Assembly: GCA_048938445.1 (NCBI GenBank)
Contig: JBHLME010000067.1
Span: 1 to 23,739, forward strand
Direction of reading: 5' to 3'
Source of the DNA: Promethearchaeota archaeon
GTDB taxonomy: Archaea; Asgardarchaeota; Lokiarchaeia; Sigyniarchaeales; SOKP01
DNA: 23,739 bases
Position numbers and translations under genes: made by a program. Positions 18,086 to 23,739 of this stretch are shown piece after piece (within the stretch, counting starts at the first letter, position 1; every line of letters begins with the position of its first letter). Below the pieces are notes generated by a model that did not search any database, was not told the DNA's origin, and saw only the letters and a list, made by a program, of their open reading frames with translations.

Positions 18086-18105
18086 TAGTGTGAAATGTCA
18101 CACTA
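18086..18105. promoter_or_regulatory. Perfect inverted repeat TAGTGTGA-aatg-TCACACTA upstream of cdhA (operator or terminator hairpin)
   Basis: 8-bp arms with a 4-bp spacer; ~150 bp upstream of the cdhA start and ~60 bp downstream of the 7TM gene stop. Confidence 0.55.
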
Positions 18106-18162
18106 ATTTTCATTTTAGATTTAAAATTGATAATCCAAATAAAAATAATTTTTCACTTAATA

Positions 18163-18897
18163 CTATTTGTAATATAAAAATCCTTGGTAGAATAAGAAAT
18201 AACAGATAACTAATAAAATTCTTGTTGGAAATAATATTATATTCGTGAATAAAAATTCTGCGGGAATAGTTATTTCAATAATACTACCAATAGAAAAGAT
18301 TAAAAAAGCCCATGTTAATAATAAACATCTTGTGCGTTCTTGACCTTCTAATTTTCTTGAAAGTTTATAAAAACCTCCACTGAAGACGTAGATATTTAAA
18401 ATGAGAAAAAATGTTAATATAGTTCCAAATGCTATTCCTGCTTGAGGTTTAATTAAAAAGCTATTTGGATCTTCACCTCCCCCAAATACGATATTTAGAT
18501 CCCCAAAATTTAAAGGAATCCAATAAAGTAAAAAAAGAAATAAAGGAACTAATATGATTATTAGGATAAGAGCTAATTTTTCAATTCTTATAAGAAAGGT
18601 TTTTGTTGCTAAACGAGATAACACAGCGGTTAAACCAATAGAAGGAGTAAATGTAATCCATCCAGAAATGAGAGGGCTAATTAGATTTTCATGGAATACT
18701 AGAACTGTAATGAACGAGAGAGTTATGTCTAAATATACCGTTCCCATAAAAAATCCAATATAAGAAACATAAGATAAAGCAGTTCGTTTTTCCTTCAAAT
18801 ATCGGAATAATGCTATGAATCCAATAATATATCCAACAATACAAGCGATAGTTGCGCTCATACCATTTAAATAAGTCCAAAGATTAGGATCTACCAT
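18163..18897 (-). CDS. Stand-alone seven-transmembrane receptor-like protein (paralog 1)
   Basis: Seven hydrophobic segments with basic loops after TM1 (KEKR) and TM5 (KLSRKLEGQERTR); GGTGA SD 5 nt before ATG. Confidence 0.82.
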   Translation of the reverse strand: MVDPNLWTYLNGMSATIACIVGYIIGFIALFRYLKEKRTALSYVSYIGFFMGTVYLDITLSFITVLVFHENLISPLISGWITFTPSIGLTAVLSRLATKTFLIRIEKLALILIIILVPLFLFLLYWIPLNFGDLNIVFGGGEDPNSFLIKPQAGIAFGTILTFFLILNIYVFSGGFYKLSRKLEGQERTRCLLLTWAFLIFSIGSIIEITIPAEFLFTNIILFPTRILLVICYFLFYQGFLYYK

Positions 18898-19011
18898 TCA
18901 TTTCACCAATCATTTTTATAAATCATGCTATTTCCAGAAAAATTTATTTAAAAATATTTCCATACTAATTTTGATTTCATTAAATAAAAAAATATGATGT
19001 TCTTTTACAAT

Positions 19012-19755
19012 TTATTTTTTATAATATAAAAATCCTTGATAGAGTAAAATATAACTGAATGCTAATGCGATTCTTGTGGGCAGTAATATAATAGTCGTTA
19101 ATTCACGAAATTCTGAGGGAAGCGACATATCAATAAAATTACCAATTGAAAAAATTAAAAAGCCCCATGACAATAACAAGCATCGTTTACGTTGTTCACC
19201 TTCTAAATTTCTTGAAAGTTTATAAAAACCTCCACTGAAAAAATATACATTTAGAACAAGGAAAAATGAAATAATTGATAAAAGTAATGGTTCTGCTTGA
19301 TGTTTTACTAAATGGCTAATTTCATCTTCAAAACCGCCTAAAATAAGGTTAGGAGCATCCCCAAAGTATATTGGAACGGCATATAGAACTATTAGAAATA
19401 TTGGAACTAGAATAATTATTAATGCAATTGCAAGTTTTTCAATTTGAACTAGAAATGTTTTTGTTGCCAAACGAGATAATACGCCTATTAAAAAAATTGC
19501 AGGAGTAAAGGCAATCCATCCCGAGATGAGGGGAGTAATATAATTTTCACGTAAGACAAGAACCATAAAGAATGAAAGGGTTACATCTAAATAGAAAGTG
19601 CCCATTAAGAATCCAATATAAATTACATAAGTGAGAGCATTTCGTTTTTGTTTTAAATACCTAAATAATGCCACCAAACCTACAATGTATCCCATAATAC
19701 ACGTGATACTAGCACTAATTCCATTTAAATACGTCCATATATTAGGATCGACCAT
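19012..19755 (-). CDS. Stand-alone seven-transmembrane receptor-like protein (paralog 2)
   Basis: 47/62 identical N-terminal residues to paralog 1; same topology; GGTGA SD. Confidence 0.82.
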   Translation of the reverse strand: MVDPNIWTYLNGISASITCIMGYIVGLVALFRYLKQKRNALTYVIYIGFLMGTFYLDVTLSFFMVLVLRENYITPLISGWIAFTPAIFLIGVLSRLATKTFLVQIEKLAIALIIILVPIFLIVLYAVPIYFGDAPNLILGGFEDEISHLVKHQAEPLLLSIISFFLVLNVYFFSGGFYKLSRNLEGEQRKRCLLLSWGFLIFSIGNFIDMSLPSEFRELTTIILLPTRIALAFSYILLYQGFLYYKK

Positions 19756-19957
19756 TTAATTCACCATATTGATTAATCAGTAATAATATTTGTAGAAAAG
19801 TTTATTCAAAATTCAATAACTTATTAAAAAAAGTTATAATACATCAAAATCATTTCTTAATATATAAAATTTCTTGTCTAAATATGATTAAAATAGATAA
19901 TTTGGAGTTTTTTTCTCTATGATGGAACAGTTAATGATTAATTTTATAATCTTTTAA

Positions 19958-20125
19958 TTAGTAATTCTTTCTACTTAAGTAAAGAAACACAGTAGTATAT
20001 TTTGATCGAATTCCTTTCTCATAATTCTCTCTTTCTCTTTCTAAACAAGATGAACAAATGGCAAGATCAAATTTATTATTAAATTCCTTTCCGCATTCTA
20101 AACAGATATGTTGATTTGAAGGCAT
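19958..20125 (-). CDS. Small zinc-finger protein (CxxC-x12-CxxC), 55 aa
   Basis: Manual translation MPSNQHICLECGKEFNNKFDLAICSSCLERERENYEKGIRSKYTTVFLYLSRKNY*. TTTATAAA box at 20151-20158, ~26 nt upstream (leaderless geometry). Confidence 0.78.
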   Translation of the reverse strand: MPSNQHICLECGKEFNNKFDLAICSSCLERERENYEKGIRSKYTTVFLYLSRKNY

Positions 20126-20336
20126 GTATATTAGAAACTTTTGATTTGTTTTTATAAATTAAGAAAATTATTAAAGTTAAAAATAAGCAGAGAGAGAATA
20201 TTTAATGAACTTCCTGAAAAATTCATTTTAAAGTTTTAGAGATCACTCATATACTTCAATTGAATAAATCAAATCAATAAATCCTAAATAGGTATAGAGA
20301 TATATTAATTAATAAATTATATTTAAAAATAAAATA

Positions 20337-20933
20337 CTAATCAATTGGAATTAAAGAACGATATTTTTCTTGATCTTCCATGTCCTCAGGATCAATATCA
20401 GCGTCATCAAATTCACCATCTAATAGAGTATATTTAAACACACATGCATCATCATCTAATAAACAGCAGCTGATTTCTTCAGCATCCACGGCTACTTCCA
20501 TGTTTTCAAATAATCCATTGAATACACCTTGATAAAGTCGACAGATATTTTTTGCCATTATATTTTCTTTTTCAGATTCTGAGAGAGGTTCATGCACGTG
20601 TATTTCTACATTGTCTTTAGCAAATTTTGATCTCAATACTCCAAAACCTAAGTGTTCTAAAGTATCTAAGATACCCCTAATAGCTTTTTTCTTTATAGAG
20701 AGAGATTCATTTTCCCAATTAACATCAGGTATTAATTGAGTAGATAAATGTTTTCCAACCGTCTTTCCAGTCCAAAGGAGGATATCCTCAGCAGAAGAAC
20801 CAGCAAATTCGGCAAATTCAATTAAATCAATTGGTCTAAGCATCAGTAGCCTTAAATCTTTATTTCCAAGAAATAATTGCCCTAATTTTTCATCAACATT
20901 TATCGCAATATCTTTTTTTGTTCTTTTAAACAT
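20337..20933 (-). CDS. V4R-domain protein (V4R/Bet3-TRAPP fold)
   Basis: LLWTGKTVG, LEHLGFG, ICRLYQGVFNGLF, EEISCCLLDDDACVF (V4R Cys pattern); acidic tail. Confidence 0.82.
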   Translation of the reverse strand: MFKRTKKDIAINVDEKLGQLFLGNKDLRLLMLRPIDLIEFAEFAGSSAEDILLWTGKTVGKHLSTQLIPDVNWENESLSIKKKAIRGILDTLEHLGFGVLRSKFAKDNVEIHVHEPLSESEKENIMAKNICRLYQGVFNGLFENMEVAVDAEEISCCLLDDDACVFKYTLLDGEFDDADIDPEDMEDQEKYRSLIPID

Positions 20934-21076
20934 TTTCCATCTTTGAAATTTTAGTTGATACTAATTACGTATAATTATAAAGAAATTTAGTTTTATAATA
21001 GAAATTAATTATTTTGATATTTAAATTTAATCAGAATAATTTTCAAAATTGAGTAATAATGATATGAACAACTAAC

Positions 21077-22105
21077 CTATGAAGAAATTAAAAAAGTTAT
21101 GAATTGATTTATTCTATTCACGTTATAATTTGTTTTTACTGATGTGAATAAGAATTCCCACTTTCTATTTTCAATTTCTTTAAGACCAAAGTATTCAAAT
21201 ATTTCTTTTCTCAATCGCACTAGATGATCAACACTGTCTTTAGTATTACCCATATTTAAATGATTTATTAAATCAATTTTATTTCCAATAACTAACAAGG
21301 GAACTTCAATTAACTCATAATGATTAATAATAAAATCCAATTCTTTTTTTGACTCAGCAAATCGTATTTGATCGGAGACATCAATCATGTAAATAAGGAT
21401 ATTTGAGTCTTGGGAACCTGTCAACCATTTTCTTCGAAATAAATATTGACCGGGCATATCCCAGAATGCTAATAATCCCATTTCTTCATCTTCAATATAC
21501 TCAATACTAAACTTTTTTGTCGGAGTAAAAAAATTATCAGAATAATCGCCAGTCTTAATTCTTCTTACTAAAGAACTTTTACCTACTTCATCAAGACCGA
21601 ATAAAAAAATCTTAGTAAATGTTGAATCTCTCAATGTTTCGGAACTTGAACTTTTTTGCATTATTTCTTCATTATATCCCCTTATATCAATGAATAACGT
21701 GATCAAAAAATTTTCTATTTCAATTTCCTCCTCAAATGAACATCGTTTTTCATTAAGGATTAATTCATAAATCAATTCTTTGAAAAAATGCTCATAATCA
21801 TGGGAATTATCACTATTATCAAAAATTAGCCCAATTATGATGTTTCCATTAATACAAATTGTACTTATATTTAAATTTTTAATGATTTGAGGGATTGGAT
21901 CATCTAAATAAAAGAGTTGTTCATCAATTATGCTCTCTTTTTTCTCTTTATGTTTTTTTTTTAATTCTTTAAAATCATGCACGTGAAATAATTTTTCAAT
22001 AATTGATTTATCTTTTATAATAATATCTCGGGGATAATTGAATATACTTAGAGCATCAATGTCTTGTAGGTTATCTCCCTTAACTAAAAAGATATTTTGT
22101 ATCAA
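21077..22105 (-). CDS. N-terminal longin-like domain fused to Arf/Rag-like small GTPase
   Basis: G1 GLDEVGKSS, G2 FTPT, G3 WDMPGQ, G4 NKID, G5 SVK. The N-terminal ~145 aa alpha/beta domain (NIFLV...IIIGLIFD) is tentatively longin-like. TTG start. Confidence 0.85.
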   Translation of the reverse strand: MIQNIFLVKGDNLQDIDALSIFNYPRDIIIKDKSIIEKLFHVHDFKELKKKHKEKKESIIDEQLFYLDDPIPQIIKNLNISTICINGNIIIGLIFDNSDNSHDYEHFFKELIYELILNEKRCSFEEEIEIENFLITLFIDIRGYNEEIMQKSSSSETLRDSTFTKIFLFGLDEVGKSSLVRRIKTGDYSDNFFTPTKKFSIEYIEDEEMGLLAFWDMPGQYLFRRKWLTGSQDSNILIYMIDVSDQIRFAESKKELDFIINHYELIEVPLLVIGNKIDLINHLNMGNTKDSVDHLVRLRKEIFEYFGLKEIENRKWEFLFTSVKTNYNVNRINQFITFLISS

Positions 22106-22190
22106 TATAAAAATAAAGCATTAATTCAGTTATGCTTCTAAATAATATATAATTAATAAGATTTTTGAAAAAATTGGTTTTATAAATGAA

Positions 22191-23609
22191 TTATTCTTCA
22201 GTATTAGCGCTATCAGGGTTTTCATCCGTTTCCTTAACATCTTCTGAAGCATCTGAGGGAGAGGGTTCTGATTTTGCTTCCGTGTCTGGTTTAGAAGGAG
22301 TATCACCTCCTACTGGAGTTTGACATATAGGGCACTCATCCCAACTTTTTCTCAAGGCATACCCACAATTTGCACATTCTACCATACCTGCTTCTGGTTT
22401 CCATTCAGGAATATCTAATGCTCCCCCTTGACGTTTTTTCGCTAGTTCTTCTAATTCTTGTTCAGTCCATACTTCCATACCCGGAGGTAATCCTGTTCCC
22501 CTTTCTGCAGCGGCTTTAGTTAAATCTTCTTCAGACCATACCGCCATTCCTGGAGGGACTCCTGCACTTCCTCTTTTTTGAGCTTCTTTTGCAAGATCTT
22601 CTTGAGTCCATGTCGATAGCTGTTGACCTCCAGGAGTTCTTACACCTCCCTCTGGAGAAGGAGCCCCAGGAGCTTCAGCCCCTCCTTTACTTGTTGAGGG
22701 TGCTTCACAGCATGCCGCTGAAAATTTTAAGAATGCTTCAAAGCAGTTTAAAAATCTTTCTGAACCACTACCACCACTTTCATCTATAGCAATCATCAAA
22801 GTTGTACCATTAGACGCATGAGGTAACGCAATGGCACTTGGTGAAAATTCTGTACTAATCCTTTTAGATTCTAAACCTGAAGTTAGTTTATTCATTACTT
22901 CCATTAAATTTTCATCTTTCATCAAAAAATCACAAATTGGTTCTCCATGTCTCTGATAACCTACATCATATTTTCCTACTTGACTTCTAACAGAATTAGA
23001 ATCAAGAGATTTGATTATTGCATTAATATATGAATAGTTTTGAGAGAGTGGTTCTTTTTGAGAAGAATCCAAGATAAAACCACCTAAATCTAATTCACCT
23101 ATATAAGGAGCGAATAAAGGTTTTCCATCTTTCATCTTACTGTAAATAGTAGTCTTAGAAACGACGCATTTAATCTCTCCACAATATGCTATTGAATTAT
23201 CTAAAAGGTGGATTTTCTTGTCATATGTAATTCTTGGGACCGTCTTGAAGATTACGTTCTCCCATGGAAGTTCTTTAACAGGAATAATCGTAACATAGTA
23301 TTTTTCAACTAACTCTTTTAAATTTTTAATGTAATCCTTTATGTCTTTCTTGATGTCCTTAAATTTTTCATTTTCTGATAATTTTTCTGCTTTTTTCACG
23401 AATTCATTGAACTTTTCTTCATTTTTTTTAATAGATCCTCCAAGAACTTTTATTTCATCTATAGTATTTTCTTTCATGATTGAAGATGCGTTTTCAATCA
23501 TCTTTTTCATGTATTCGGGAAGATCATTTAAATTACCTTCGACCAAATAATCAGTATAATCAATTGCGATTTCTTTCACGAAATCTGCAAATAAATTTTG
23601 TTCTGACAT
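22191..23609 (-). CDS. Hypothetical protein with Pro/Gly linker, 22-24 aa Trp repeats and C-terminal double CxxC zinc ribbon
   Basis: ATG at 23609 is preceded by GTGA SD (the track's GTG at 23618 is likely the SD itself). CANC..CPIC; acidic disordered tail. Confidence 0.8.
   Translation of the reverse strand: MSEQNLFADFVKEIAIDYTDYLVEGNLNDLPEYMKKMIENASSIMKENTIDEIKVLGGSIKKNEEKFNEFVKKAEKLSENEKFKDIKKDIKDYIKNLKELVEKYYVTIIPVKELPWENVIFKTVPRITYDKKIHLLDNSIAYCGEIKCVVSKTTIYSKMKDGKPLFAPYIGELDLGGFILDSSQKEPLSQNYSYINAIIKSLDSNSVRSQVGKYDVGYQRHGEPICDFLMKDENLMEVMNKLTSGLESKRISTEFSPSAIALPHASNGTTLMIAIDESGGSGSERFLNCFEAFLKFSAACCEAPSTSKGGAEAPGAPSPEGGVRTPGGQQLSTWTQEDLAKEAQKRGSAGVPPGMAVWSEEDLTKAAAERGTGLPPGMEVWTEQELEELAKKRQGGALDIPEWKPEAGMVECANCGYALRKSWDECPICQTPVGGDTPSKPDTEAKSEPSPSDASEDVKETDENPDSANTEE
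22400..22640 (-). repeat. Intragenic tandem peptide repeat (P-x-G-x-x-x-W-[ST]-[EQ]-[EQ]-[DE]-L-x3-A-x2-R-G) x3 plus a degenerate 4th
   Basis: Trp codons at 22608, 22536, 22467 and 22401 (spacing 72, 69, 66 nt). Confidence 0.8.
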
Positions 23610-23739
23610 CCTTTTCACTTTAATTAATTCTAATGTTATAATAATAACAAACGAGATGGATATAAAAACTTATTCAAACTAATTTAAATAATTAGATATT
23701 ATTTATATAAATAAAGCTAAAAATTAGATACTTCTTTAT

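Noticed and set aside
18163-19755. Microbial rhodopsin identity for the 7TM pair
   Set aside because: No retinal-binding Lys motif (DxxxK) within TM7
22460-22495. GLPPGMEVW as a WW domain start
   Set aside because: Lacks the first Trp of LPPGW, the aromatic doublet and WxxP; followed by a helix rather than beta strands
16496-23550. Shadow ORFs 16496..16693, 18554..18763, 18689..18880, 22589..22789, 23341..23550
   Set aside because: Entirely within stronger genes

Overview
Very AT-rich archaeal chromosomal window, most consistent with an Asgard archaeon of the Lokiarchaeia type. This is inferred from archaeal-type CdhA, an MtrH-like gene, GGTGA ribosome-binding sites and many eukaryotic-signature-like proteins. 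Housekeeping and metabolic genes: partial U32-family protein, pcm, GH57 4-alpha-glucanotransferase/amylase, maltokinase-like kinase, divergent MtrH, and a stand-alone cdhA with a CooJ-motif Ni chaperone. These are interleaved with a putative signalling/trafficking toolkit: a 7TM-longin fusion, two tandem stand-alone 7TM paralogs, a longin-like-small GTPase fusion next to a V4R/Bet3-fold protein, an HhH-GTPase-roadblock (Rag-like) protein, an alpha-SNAP-like TPR protein, and an Ssl1/Rpn10-type vWA fused to two RING-like fingers. Reading the DNA directly also shows three microproteins missed by the ORF track (two are tandem paralogs), three genes that appear to start at non-AUG codons (ATT/ATC, ATA/ATT, ACG) behind good SD motifs, candidate operators, and a ~1.3 kb ORF-free region. 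No CRISPR, rRNA, tRNA or mobile element was recognised.
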